From the human T2T-CHM13v2.0 reference genome, Homo sapiens, in the NCBI RefSeq assembly GCF_009914755.1, contig NC_060927.1: a stretch of DNA of 64,000 bases; one strand, written 5' to 3'. The notes beneath the pieces were generated by a model. It made no database searches, had not been told where the DNA came from, and was given only the letters and a program-made list of their open reading frames with translations. The position numbers and the translations under genes were made by a program. This document shows positions 27,139-41,780 of this stretch, in pieces (the stretch's first letter is position 1; each line of letters starts with the position of its first letter).

Positions 27139-29334
27139 CTGGGAGGTGAAAAAATACAGAGAAAAATAATAAATTCTTTTTCTGCTATGACTGGGAATAA
27201 ATATAAGACTGAAATGATTACATGAGCATTACAGACATTAACAAGTTTTTCCCAGGCTCCAGGGACTGTTATCTCACATTGGTAGGCTTATGCAAAGAAG
27301 GGAAAAAGGTAACAAAATTTCCATTTCAAAAATTTCTCAAAAATCTGAGCATCATTTATAATCTTTATCTTAATTTTGAATCATATTTATTTTCAATAAA
27401 TAAGCTAAATTCTAAATTAAAGACAATATTCTCACATTTATAGCATCCTTTTGTTTTACAGCCAAAATAATAAACATTCACAATAGAACTTTCAAAATAC
27501 AGAAAATATAGCAAATTAAAATTATTCATGATAGTATTAGCTAGAAATATTAGTGTTAACATTTCAGTGTATTACACATGTACTTCCTGTCTTTATTCTG
27601 GGCATTTAAAATACATATGGTTTTAATGTGACCCATAACATGGTAAACATACTGATTATGTAATCTATGAATACTTTAAATTCAGTATTTTCCTCCCCAG
27701 TTTAAAGAAAAAAACAATTGTGTGTCTATAATTTCTAATTATTCCTAGCATTCTATTATATAGTCAGCACAATTTATGTAACCAATTCCTTATTTAGTAA
27801 ACAACATGTTTTCAGTTGTTCAATACTACAAACAGTCTCAAAAATAAATTATCTTTTAGCAGTATGTCTGTATGATATCCATGATTATTTCCTTAGGATA
27901 AATTCTTAAAGTACAATAGCTGGATTAAAATATATATTAAAAAAATAAGATTTTAGCAAACTGTACTCTATAAAGGTTTGTACCTAATAGAACAATTCAT
28001 TTCTCCTTGATTCTCATTAACAATGGATGTTTCCTCTTTGATTTTCTGAACCAACCTGATAGTCAAATTTTGTATTGTATTTGCTTGGTAACTACTGAGA
28101 TACTGTTTCTCTGACATTTGTTTATTGTCTTTTGTTAATAGAGTTAATTGTTATGACTGTCTTCATGATATCTAAACATGCTTTAAGTATTAAGAGTATT
28201 AAACCTTGTTTATATGATACACATATTTTTCTCAAAGTGTATCTGTCTTTCAGTTGTATGACATTTTTGTGACATAGGTAACTTTTTACATGCTCAAATG
28301 TATCTGTATCTCCAGTATAATATCCACCTCTGGTGTTATACTTACAAGTTTTTATAAATAACTACCTACATTTCCTTTGGTCGTTTTGAAAGTTTTCCCT
28401 CTCAATTCTCACTTATATAAATTATTCCATATTGAATAAATTTTGTTTTAAATTATTTTCAACTTCCAACCTACACTATTTGTAAATTTTATATGTCCCT
28501 AAGATGCAAATTATCTTCTCAAATCATAACTCTTTCAAAACATAAACCAAGTTCACCAATTGTCATGCAAAATAATGTAAGTAACATAATCTTTTAAATT
28601 TCAGGAGCAGCAAGGACATGAGAAAAAGAGGAAATAAGAGAAAAAAGAAGTGGTAAAAGCAAGTCCAAACAAAATGAGTATCTAATTTTATAGGATATGG
28701 TCTTCACCTATGGAGGAAAAGCTCCAGAGATGTTCATGAATACATAAATTCTGGATGACCTTTTACCAAAACAAAATGCTCCTCTATCCTATTTACTTTC
28801 TCTGTAAAACCATCACCTAGTAAAATATTCATATACATGTTCTAATTTTTATCAGAAGTCTCCAAAACCCCCTACATCCACACAATCACAGTCAGACGTT
28901 AATAAAACCTATCCCCCTGGAATTGTGGCTAAAACAATATAAGCAGAGGATTAGGGAAAACAAAGAATTTGGTAGCTAACATGCAGTAAGAATATCTAAA
29001 GCCATAAATCTTAAATACATAAACCTAGACGGTTGTCAGTTATTTGCTTATGTGTGCCAATCAGTAAGCATATACTGAGCACTGCTGTATAGAAGAAACT
29101 CTGGAGAATATAATCTAGTAGAGGACAGCGAAATGTAGATGATCGGTTATAGTATAACACAGAGTTTGACAAATTCTGTTGGACAAATAAATAAATTCAG
29201 AACCAACGTCCTCTACTATGGAGCAGTCACCAAATTCAAATGTCTAATGAGATCAGGCAAAAAGTATTATTATTTATGGTTAACATTTATGCACAATGAA
29301 TATATGCCAAAAACTAGTCTAAATGTTTCATGTA

Positions 29335-29510
29335 CACTCATTTCATCCTCCTTAAAACCCAACTGATTTATCTTTGTCAATTTTATTTTCATTTTACCAT
29401 AGAGAAACTGAGGTAGAGAGAGAGTAATTAATTTGTCTAGAATCACACAAGGAGTAAGTATTAAAGCCAAAATTGAAGCCATCCTGTCTGGTTCTAGAGC
29501 TCACATTCTT
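29335..29510. mobile_element. MIR fragment
   Basis: cattttaccatagagaaactgagg...aatttgtctagaatcacaca core. Confidence 0.7.
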
Positions 29511-31584
29511 TCTCCTACATTAATTTGGCTCTAAATAAGTCAGTGCGACAAAAAGACCAGGTATAAAAAAAGGGGGTATAAAAAGATGCAGCCTATGAAT
29601 AATTAGAACACCCTTTACTCTGCTTCAGCTTTTTCAAGACAAGCTAGAAATCAAAAATTTTATGTGAAATCTGCTAATTTGTAAGTGTTAGCAAATAATT
29701 CAAATTAAAAGAAAAATACTGAGTAGAACAGATTAAACACTTTTCAAAATTTTATTTGGCCCATGGGCAACTATCTTAATGTAAGATTTATATTCTTCAT
29801 ATATTTTGTTATACTCTTAAAAATATACAAGTAAACATTTGAAAATGTCTATTTCAAGTTAACTGCTAGATTCCTTAAATTTTCTTTAATATCTTAAACC
29901 ATGTTTTCATAATCTCAGTAGCTGAATTTCTTATTTTTACAGTACACTTTCACTGTTACAGGTTTCACATACCTAAAATACATAAATAAATGACTTTTGT
30001 GTATTTTAAACTATATAAAAAATAGACAAGTAACAAGCAAGTTGCCATCAAAGTTTATTTTTAAAAGGAGTATTTTTTAAACCCTCATCTTTATGTTGTC
30101 AGAAGAAAATACTCTACCACACAATGATATTCATACGTTCATTTAAGGTGCTAAAAATACTTAAGGTCTTTTTGACTCCTTAGAGAAAGTTCAAGAAGTC
30201 ATTTAGTTAATTTAGCTTAAATTATAATTCTTTAGAACTTAACAAGTCTATGATAATATCCAATAGCCAGAATACAAAATCAACCACATACCCCAGTCTA
30301 CAACCATTCTATATAATCAAGCATCCATTATATCCTGATTTATTATGCCTATAGATTGAAAATGAACCACTGAAATGTTTTTATAATTAAATAAAGGAAA
30401 CCAGCTAACTAGTAATAATGAGTTATTTTCAAGCAATCTGTTGAAGAAAACGTGTGGATAATGTTCATAGTTTTCTTTTAATTATGGATTTAAATAACCT
30501 AATTCAAAAGTAACTGATTAAGAAGTTGCTGCTTTCATTTTTTTTATCGTTTTGTTTTAAATATAAAGAGCTATTTTAGCTCTCTTGAATCTAAAAAAGC
30601 AACTTAAGTTTGTCGGTTACTGCTATTGGGATTACCTTATGAAATCATAACATAATGTTGTTTTTAAATATGAAATCATTTTCCTACGAATTTCCCAATT
30701 TGTGTTTCATAAACATTCCAGTAAGAGAAAATGATTGATTACAAAGCAGAATATCAAAGGTTTTTAATAAATTTGTCTATTTTAATATTTATGAATAAAT
30801 TTTTACCTGCAAATATCAAACTATAAAAAATTAAGAGATTTTATTTAGTCTAAAAATTTTTAAACAATCACTGTAAAAGTCCAGCATAAACATAACACTT
30901 ACAATGGTTCATTAGACCTCTAAATTTGATTCCAAACTCCAACTTCTATCCTTGATTTTCTATCCTTAATTTTCTCTTATATAGAACCAAGATACATACA
31001 GAGAAAAGAATATAAAGGCCAAAAACATGCCTCTTAGTAGATGACTACTTAAATCCATAATTGATAGATTTTAGTTCTCTTCAATGGTATCTTCCTGTTC
31101 CTAGAATTTCTCTGGCTCATAAAAATGATGCCTGAAGAATTATTTTAAATAAAAGCAATCTCATTTTTCTGACTGAGAAAGCATAGTAATACACCTTCCA
31201 CGATCTGGGAAAGGCCCTATCCTTCCTTTGTTACACTTACTGTAAATAACAATTTCTCCTATTCACATGAGTTTAAAATTCCAAAAAGTCGTAACTAATT
31301 TTACAATACGGTTTTAGTGCTATCCTGGGCACAGGAGTTCACAAATATGCTAAAATTCCCATTTAAAATGCAAGACTAATCTTTAAGATATTTGTACTGG
31401 TTTCACAAGTCTAGAGGCTGGAGTATTAAATCTTAAAAGTGATCTGTCTGAAAGAAAAGACTTCTTCTGCAAATAGTTAATTTTTAATAAAAGGGTAAGC
31501 GTTCAGCACTAAAGCTTAGAAGGCAGTTTTAAACTACACTTAAAAAATCAAAGCAATATTTTCCATGTAAAAAAAATCAATACA

Positions 31585-31882
<298 letters not shown>

Positions 31883-33934
31883 TCAATCAATATGAGCAGT
31901 ATCTAAGTGAAAATCTCAAACTATGAGCATTGAACAGATAAAATAATAAGTTAGTTTAATAATATTTTCTCTTTTAAAATGGCACCACATGAGCAGAACC
32001 TCTAGAAATGAATTTATTCTGTCTGAATACAAAATTCTATATATTTCAGCTTATATTCTCTCCTTAACTGTTTCTAATACTTAGGCACAGAATCAGCATT
32101 CTGAACTGTGTCATTCTAAAAACATTCATATTCAGAAAAGCTCATATAAGCATACTTCATTCATTTAAATTCTTGACTGATGGTAAACCTAAAAGTCAAA
32201 CACTGAAATAATATAGTATTACTTTACATAAAGATTTCTCCTATAAGAAAAGCACACCAAAGAGCTTAAATGGACTACTTTCAGAGTCGATTATAAAAGG
32301 AAGAAGGATGCAGCGTGAATAAGTATGTGTTCTAGGTAGCATGTATTTACCATGATAGGTATTTAACCAGAAATATGACATATGGGGTATAAAAGCAAGC
32401 TTCTCTGGTAGAAGCTACGTTTTCACAATTAAGAGATAGCGCAATTGAATATCTGGTTTAAAAAAACATTTTTTATTTAGAAATGTTGGTAGCTAAAGGT
32501 AAATTCAATGATTGGAAGTAACAATGTTCTAAAGTCTTAATTACAAGGGCAGAAAGGAGGAAAGAAGAAAGGAAAAAAGAAAAAAGAGGGAAAGAAAACA
32601 AAGAAAGACAAAGAGTAAAGTTTTATTTTTAAATTCTGTCGATCTTTAATGCAAGAGGGTTACATTGGACTTTAAGTTAATTAAGTATTAAAATCAATCA
32701 TCTGAAAGTCTTAATATTTAATATTGTTAGATTGTATATCAAAGTAGTTTTATTATTTATTTACTCCAAACCTTTCCAGAATACTTCATTTGACAACAGG
32801 GGGTCTGTTTCTCACAAGATAAGTGCATTTACAGTGCCAAATAAATTATATATAAAAGCATTTGTCTTAATACATGTCATTCAATATTAAATATCACCCC
32901 TTGGTAAAACCCTGAAACTTTAATTCATTTTTAGCAACCACACAATTTTACTATCCAAGTGTTGTCTAACAAACAGGTATAAGACTACAATAAGGGTCAA
33001 CATATAAGAACAATGATCAAAAGAAAATCAAAACAGACTGAATCCTTATAATTTTCATGCTATCAGAATAAGCTGTTTAGGGCAAACAATTCACTGTAAA
33101 TTAAAATACTAGACTCATAAACAATATACCTACTGAGAAATATGCAGAATATGAGAGGTTCACAGGTGGACTTAAATATTTTATATTACAAACTAAGAAT
33201 GTATTTTGCCTTTCAATATTAAAATGCTATAAAGTCATGAGAAAGTGACACTTGTGACCACATAAACCAAGAGAAAACTGAGCACTATAAAAGTCAAACT
33301 GCCAAACAGAAAGCTCTCCACAGTGTATTCTCATACAGTTTCAGAGGTCTCCTGAGCAGATGCTCAAGATGCAGAGACTGGGGAATTAGCTTGGCCTAGT
33401 GAGCAAAACCAAACCTTTTATTATGATGTAGCCATATAAAAATACTTTCAATTCTTGCTGTTCCTCTTTTATATATTTATATATTATTTATATATCCTAT
33501 TTTATATAGATATTACCTCTAGCCATTAAATGATTCAACCTGGTTTTCATAAAATCAAGGTTAATACAACATACAATTAGGAATTTAGGAAAAATAAAAT
33601 TTGAAAAGAGAAAACAGAAATCATAATTTGGCGAATTATATTAAACTGATGATAATTAAAAATAAGAAAAAGGAACAAATGGCTACTCTTCATACAAACA
33701 TCAAATCAAATCATTTTGTCCAAAAAAACCAATGAACAAAAATCTCTCCTTGGTGCAAACATGGGGAGGCCAGGGGTATGTTCAGGAACACCTGACCAAT
33801 TGTGGGGCAATCCTTCTAAAAGTCCATATGAATCTGTTATTTATCCCTTGGTTTTTATTAAGTAGTAGGGCTGGGAAACCTAAGGACGTTTTAGTACTTC
33901 CTTTAGTTGAAAGATAGCCTTTTCAATTAAATAA

Positions 33935-34105
33935 TAACAACAGCAGCAAACACATAGCACTTATTGGGAAGCAAAGCTATTTAAACCACTCTACATATTA
34001 ACTTATTTAAACCTTACAACAATTCTATGAAGTAGATACTATAACACCTTTTACAGATAAGGAAACCACAAAGAAGTTATGTGACTTATGTAAGGTCACA
34101 GGGCA
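33935..34105. mobile_element. MIR fragment
   Basis: ttttacagataaggaaac...gtgacttatgtaaggtcaca. Confidence 0.65.
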
Positions 34106-36666
34106 AAGCTACCTCAAATGACAACAATCACTTAATAAGTGGCCTAACAAAAATTAAGCCAAGAATTATAGGGTAGTTTCCTTTGTTATGTTAACTATAA
34201 CGTAATACCAAAGAATTCAGTTTACTTTTCTCGCATGCAAGCTGTTTCGAAATCTGAGATATTGAGATAAACAGATCCTTAATAGTTATAAGGTGTACAC
34301 ATCTTGTACAGATCACCATCTCAGAGTAAATGCATTATCTAGTAAGGAAAGCAAGTAATAAGTAAGCTGTGGATACAGCATAATTCACATATTCCTCAGC
34401 AAAATTATAATTTATGAAAAAATCACACTTGATCTTTGGAATCGTTATCAAATAGCCAAAACTGTAGTTGGGGATTTTAAATCATTATTTAAGTCCCCAA
34501 ATGCTACAGATTCACATTGCACCAGTCACTTCAGTACCTCACTGAGGGAAGGCCAGCAGCTAAGAAGCACCAGTCCTTGCTAGCCAAAGTAGCTTACATA
34601 AAAACATTTCCACATTCCTCCATTCAGTTTTATGCATCTCTTTTCCTCCTGAGGAGGCCTTTCCTCTTCACTTTTCTAAATCCTGTACATAATTCCAACA
34701 TTCAACTTTTCCTTTAGGGACCAGCACCAGAAGTAATTTCTCCCTGCTCTTCCATAGCAGTATTTCCCTTGCTCTGATGTGCCTCTGGGCTTGGCAAAAA
34801 CATACTTTTTTATTAGAATAAGTTTTTTTTAATGGTTCCCCTCTATTTATAGCAAGTGCTAATTTGTTTAGGATAATCTGTGGCCAAAAGATTTCCTATT
34901 TACATAAATTTATTTAAAGAAAGAAAGAATTCATGAAAGGAAAAATATTAAATAAATTATAATAAAGTAGTAGGCATAGTTAAAATCCTTAAGGTGTTAT
35001 ATAATAAATGATTAATGTTTTGAAAATAATGTTACAGCAGAAATTGTCATTCACCAACCTTATTAAGCAATCCTTGATACATCACTTCTATTGTTTATAT
35101 AAACTATTATCCTTATCATAAGTAGTTATTAGCTTATCATACATTTTTGTAAATGCAAACTATGTATTCCTTGAGGGCAGAGAAAGTATTTTTCATTCCT
35201 TTGTACCCCCATAATATGCAGATATTATCCAATAGGAATAAAACCTATTCATTAATTCATCAAAAACAGACAACACAATTATAAATGTGGTTCATGCTAC
35301 TGGTAAACTAAACATCGCTCTGGGAAATGCTTACTTATCTCCTCTTTAAGAGGTCCTAAATTCAGGCTAATGCCTAACGGAGTCCACTCTCCCTTCTCCC
35401 TCAACATGCTCTGGCTACCTAAGTCTTCTTTCTATTCCTTAAAAAAAAATACAGCTCATTGTCTCTTTAGGTCTTCGCACATCCCCATCTCCTCTTCTGG
35501 GAACACTCTGCTCTTCATATCATTCAGGTTATCTGCCCAAATTCAACCAGCACAGAAATGTTTTCCTGGAATATATCTAATCCACTGGCAAATCTTGTCT
35601 GTTCTACCCTCAAAATAAAATCCAGAATCAAAACCATTCTTTACAAACAACCACCTTGATCTAGGTCACACTCATTAGACCCAGAAAAAGGAAACAGTCA
35701 TCTTTAACTTTGCCCTCTGCCTAGAAACCCTCACCTTTCTTGCTGTAGGCAACATGAAATCTGTGTATTTTACTCAACTTCTGAACTACGCTTTTTTAGC
35801 AAGACCATCCACTTATAGGAAAAAGAAGCCACTTGTTGTGTTGAGCTGGAACTAAAAGGTTAGTTCATAAACACACTCGTATGGTGGGTGAGAACTGTCA
35901 TAAGTCCTTGTGTTTCATTTAAAAGTTTTAACTTCAGGAAATTTCTGAGAAGCAAGTAAACGTTATTGTTACACAATATGCAAGCTTTACAAAGTTAACC
36001 ATCCATAAATAAATAATAAAAGAACCACATACAGGTCAATGATGAGAATGTGTCATAAGGCAATGATTATGATTAATCAAATTAATAATATTCATGAAAA
36101 AAGTTAACCACTGGAATTTCCAACTATCCTTCCATACATTACAAAAAAATAGTTTTTTGATTATAAAAGCAGAGTTTGAAAGTATTTCAGAATAACATCT
36201 GGTTTATATTTGACATAAAGTAGACACTATCTTGTGGCTAAACTTTTAAGTCAATTTTATTAAAAATACATACATACAAATACAAACATGATATACTATA
36301 TAACTAACTGCATTTACTCCTATTTTGAAAGATGTTTTTACTTTTATTTCAGTTATCTATCTTCTCTTCAGAAGACATTAAATTTTAGATAAAAGATGAC
36401 ACTATGGAAAAAAAATTATATGTATTTCTAAATTTCATATAATACCTATCTCATGACTGTTACAAGGATGAAATAAAGTATATGGGGACATATATCGAAA
36501 GCTGCAGTGTACTATGGTTCACTGTTGTCACTCCTGGCAATAATAATAAACATTAAAAATTCTTCATAAGACAGCAGATGCATTACTTGTTACATATTTT
36601 TAAGGTTATACTGATCTCAGCTAAATAAAAACAGTAGAGTAGGAACAGACTAGAAGAGGGAAGAAG

Positions 36667-37615
36667 TGATAGGGACCGGGGGCAGAGAAATTCTAAGCAG
36701 AAAAGGGTGGGTCCCCGACAAAACCCCACCTTCAAGCCGAAATGCCTGAAACCCACAGCCCAAAGTTAGAACTTCTATCCCTGTTTTCCCACTCGAATGT
36801 TGCCTTTTCCTAAACTACCCATGGCCCACCCTGCCCCTTCATCCTGTGCCTATAATATAGGACACCCAGGACTCAGCCAGCACAGAGAAGGAAGTAGCTG
36901 ATGCAGAGGACTACGACTGAACATGGGAGAGAAGTGGCTTGACTTGAAAGGGACAGCTTTACAGAGGGACAGCTTGCATAACTTTGGAGAATAATCCAGC
37001 TGGAGATGGCCAGATTTCAGGGGAAGAAGATTACCTACCCACCCCATCTCCTTTCCAGCTCCCCTTCCCACTGAGAGCCACTTTCATCAGCAATAAAATC
37101 CCCCGCATTTACCATCCTTCAATTCATTCTTGCAACCTCATTTTTCCTGGATGCTGGACAAGAGCTCGGGAGCCACAAGTGCAGATACAAAAGGCTGTCA
37201 CACTGATTCTTTGCCCTTCCTGGCAGAGGGCAGCTGCCTCAGCAAAAAGGCAGAAAGCCCACTGAGCTGTTAACACTTAAGCCGTCTGCAAAGGGCAGAG
37301 CTAAAAGAACAATGTAACATGCCCTCTGGGGCTTTAGAGGTCACAGGAAGCCCCACCTAGACACTGCTATGGGGCCCGAAGTTTGCTCCTACTGGAGCCC
37401 AAAAGTGCTTGCTCTGGCTCCCGCACCTGCTCACCTGCGCGCTCCCTCCCGTGAGGGGTGGAAGGCAGACAGCCCATTCCAGCACTTGTGCACTCCAGTT
37501 TCCACCTCGTTTGCTCGCAGGCTCCCTCCTGCAAGGAGTTGAGAGCAGAGGGCTGTGTAAATGAGGCACTCCTGTCATGAGTCCCATGAAGAAGTCAAGC
37601 AAATATCCTGCTTCA
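36667..37615 (+). mobile_element. ERV1 solo LTR, about 950 bp (LTR28/LTR1-like family)
   Basis: TG...CA termini (tgataggg...cctgcttca); 4-bp flanks gaag/gaaa; TATA-like cctataa at about 36850; AATAAA at about 37092; GC-rich. Confidence 0.88.
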
Positions 37616-39199
37616 GAAAGAGCATTCTTGGGGGAGAAAACATTGTATACCAGGGCTCAGGGAAGAGGCAGTGCATGCACATTTCATGTAAAGTGTGTAA
37701 GGAGTCAAGCTCAGCTGGGTTGATTTTCAGGCTTAAGAAGCAGAAAAGGACTGTAAAACACATGGCTTATAGACCTTCTCAAGATTCAGAGCTTTTTCCT
37801 AATGTCAATGGAAACTACTTTTAAGTAAAGGAGGGCACCATCTCCTACTAATTCTCCATATTTAAATTTTCTTCAACTATACCAAATTACACACCTCAGC
37901 ACTTCCACACATGTGGCTCCTCTGCAAGGCACTACTGTTCTTACCTTCTTCGCCTTACCAACTGCTACTGGCCCTTAAGATACAGCTCAAAAGTCACTCT
38001 TCCCCAACATGCCTTCTCCTAATTTGATTCAGATGCCCACTTACCTTATGCATAACTCCACCCTAATATTAACCATTCTTTAGTATAATGGTTGGTTTTC
38101 GACTAACTTCTATTGTGAGGATAGGGGACCTGTTTTACTCATCTATACTCTAAGTTACTAGCACCCCAGAACTTGCAAAAATCATTTATTCAATGAATCA
38201 ACAAAAACAAAGACATGCTTCAGTATAATTCCCAGATATGAGGACTAATTGAGCTATACTTGTTCTACACAGAAGCACACAAATTGAAATGATTTAAGAG
38301 AACCTGTAGTATGTCGTAGGAATAGATATGGATTATACTATTTGAGATAAAAGATCTGAGTTTTCCATCTTATTATTTTTTTAAACTATGCCATAAATAA
38401 GACCTAAAACAGTCACTTAACAAATATATACTGAGCACCTACTATAGCCAACACAGCACTGATCCTCATATCAAATGCAAACTCAATAGGCAGTGAGCTT
38501 AATATTATATACTACTTGGTGAAAATTACCACCATGATACTACATGTTACAATGACATTGAAATGTAGTATTTACTTTCAACCACAACTTTGGACATTCT
38601 CAAATCACGTAACAAACTACATTACTTAGAATGTTTTCTTTTCCACAAAACCAAAATCCTTTTTGAAATGTCAGCCTTGAACATCATAAAATTATACAGA
38701 ATGATGAGGAAACAGGCTTATAGTGCATATAAATACGAAAGCCTATTAGCCTGCATTTAATTACCAGTTCAAACAACAACCTGATCTAACCTTTGACAAG
38801 TAAAATAAATGTTCTGAATAATTTAACTAAAGCAAACATTTGCTGTTAATGCTAGCTAATTATAGTAAGAGCTGGAAAGATAAGAGGAAGAGAAATGACG
38901 AAGAGAAAGGAAGAGAAAGGGAGATGAAATTTTTAAATTAAGGTTAAGATCTGCAATTATTCATTGAAACATGATTTTTTTCAATGAATTTATTCACAGA
39001 AAAGGGCAAACTCAGTAGAAGAAAGTTTCTTTATAAATACTCAGATAAAGAAACATTTCAGTTTATTAGCTTATTTTTTCAGTCAGTAAAAAATTATCCA
39101 TCTACCATGGGAACAGGAAAACAAGTTATAGAATTAGGGTACAATCAATCTCCTTCTCTCAAGGGGCCCAAAATTTAGTTAAGAAAAAGTCCAGGAAAT

Positions 39200-39375
39200 G
39201 GGTTGCCAAATAAATAAATATAAGTAAATAATGAAATAAAATACAGATGCCCAATTAAATTTAAATTTCAGAAAAACAACAAACATAATATTTAAGACAC
39301 TTATACTAAAAAGTATTCATTATTTATTGAAAATCAAATTTAACAAGGAGTTCTGTATTTTATCTGACAACCCTA
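39200..39375. mobile_element. MER53 palindromic MITE
   Basis: gggttgcca...tgacaacccta termini with internal inverted symmetry (aaatacag...aaatttcag versus tcaaatttaac...ctgtatttt). Confidence 0.82.
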
Positions 39376-39737
39376 CCAGTAGACAGACAAGGAGACACTG
39401 TAGGAGCTCCAGGATTAAAAGAGATCTCAAAGGACAAGACCCCAAAAGAACTCATCCAAAGGCAGGAAAGACATGTTTTTGCCAGAGCTGCCATCTGATT
39501 GTTACTGGAAAAAACTAAAATGTGTGATTCAAATGTACTGACCCAGCTCCACAGAATCTTGTTTTTCAATTACCCTGAAAAAAGGAGCTACAAAGAAATA
39601 TAATAGACAAATGAACAAACTTCTTAGTGGAAACCATCAGCTACCATATGGCAGAAAAATCAAATATTCTGACAAGAATACAAGAGCTGCTGAGTAGAAA
39701 CAGAGTATAAGACTATTCTTAAACAGTTCTGAGACTA

Positions 39738-40152
39738 CAGCTGACCCTTGAACAACATGGGTTTGAACTGCACCGGTCCATGTGGATTTTCTTCTGCATG
39801 TACCTCTCCTGAGACAATAAGACCAAAACCTCTCCCCTTCCACCTCCTCCTCAGCCTACTCAATGTGAAGCCAACAAGGGTAACTTCCGCTAAATGAATA
39901 GTAAATATATTTTCTCTTCCTTAGGATATTCTTAATAACATTTCCTTTTCTCTAACTTTATTGTAAGAATACAGTATAGTACATATAACATACAAAATAT
40001 GTGTTAATCAACTGTTTATGTCATTGGTAAGGCTTCTGGTCAACAGTAGGCTATCAGTAGTCAAAGCATTTGGGAAGTCAAAAGTTACATATGGATTTTT
40101 GACTGCATAGGGGTCAGTATCCCTAACTCCCATGTTGCTCAAGGATCAGCTG
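39738..40152. mobile_element. Tigger2a-like (TcMar-Tigger) non-autonomous element
   Basis: TIRs cagctgacccttgaacaacatggg / cccatgttgctcaaggatcagctg flanked by TA on both sides. Confidence 0.9.
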
Positions 40153-41574
40153 TATTATCTTTACCAGTGAAGAACGTAAGTGCATAATTTGGGGGGGGAA
40201 ATCCAAAGAAAATGTGAACTTTGTTAATTTGTTGAGACTAATATAAAATATTATGTTAACTCTTTCATTCATGAATTAACATAGTATTTGAACTCTTGTA
40301 TTAATGTTAATAATTATACATGATACAGCACAAGAATCTAAGGTATGATCATCAAAATTTATGGGACCATAAATTTTTAAAACATTAAATAATGCAAAAT
40401 GTGAAAATATGTTGTAGTCCATATTAAAATGGCCAATTTAATTGATTAGTAGCTTCAAAAATGATGAGCTTACTTGCTGATGGAGTAGAAACTTCTATTA
40501 ACTTGGATACATGAGCCAAAAAGTCTCAGTATAAATATGCAAATGTTCCAATTGTAGTAGAAGACTATCATCATTTACAGAGGCAAGAAAAATTCCAATT
40601 TCCCAAACATAACATATAAATATATATAGACTTTATAAAAGAGATAGTAAAAAATGATAGTCACTTAAAATATTAAAATATTATTAAATAATAAACTTGA
40701 GTATCATTGCAAAGTGATCTGACTTGGGGGTTTCTCTCAGAATCCACGTTGACTGTAATGGTTCCATTTTTTTCATAAAAGAGATTTGTACACATGTAAA
40801 CTTCTGTCCATATGTGTTCTAACACCAAAACTGTTTAGGTTGCCCATGTAAGAAAACTGACATATATTAAAATGTCATTATAAGCCCTCAAAATGGGAAT
40901 AAACTATTTCAATTTCATTTGCATAAGAGGGAAAGACTAAAGCACTGAGAAGGTGAAAAAAAGGATACAGGAGAGGAGCTAATTATAAAAGAACACAATA
41001 CATAGTGCTCACATAATATCTTGAAGTCAGAAAACATAAAGGGTCTATGGTGATTGTCAAAGAATGTTTCAAGACTTCAATGAATACTAAAAAACAAAAC
41101 AATTCTATAAACTCTACATAGAACAGATACAGGCCAGAAAGGGTACATGAAAAGAATTAACAAAACTGAATAAACTGGGACTACAGAGGAGCTACACAAA
41201 CCCTATCCCAACTCCCAGGGAATTTTACTAGCAAAAATATACACCTCCTTTTCCAATGTATACAATTAGGTAAAAGAATGTAGCATACTATCTCCAAAAT
41301 TTCATTGAGTACCGTAATAGAATGTCTAAAATCTAAGTACATTAGAGTTCTATAATTCTTGCTATCCTAATTTACATGAAATCATTGCATAAATAATTTT
41401 TAGAATTTTGAAATCTATGTGTAAACTTCAGTAAACAATCGAAAGTAAATGACAAAACTTCATACCATGCTTTGTCATCTGTGGAACGATGATGCAGTTC
41501 AATTATATTTATTGAACAAATTAGCATCATTTGTCTTTCTCTGTGCTAAGAACTGTTTGGAGTAGTGATGATTG

Positions 41575-41780
41575 CTAATATTTCACTTAATGCTTACTAA
41601 ATGCTAGACACTGTGTTTTATGTGTATTATCCCATTTAATCTTCTCAGCAATCCTATCAGACAGGAATCATTATTACCCCCATTTTACATAGGTGGCAAT
41701 TGAGTCTAGCAAGTTAACGATTTCATCTCAAGGTCGCACACTAAGTGGCTGGAAATTGAAGTGAACCTTCTTCAGAAACT
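41575..41780. mobile_element. MIR
   Basis: attattacccccattttacataggtggcaattgag core. Confidence 0.7.
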
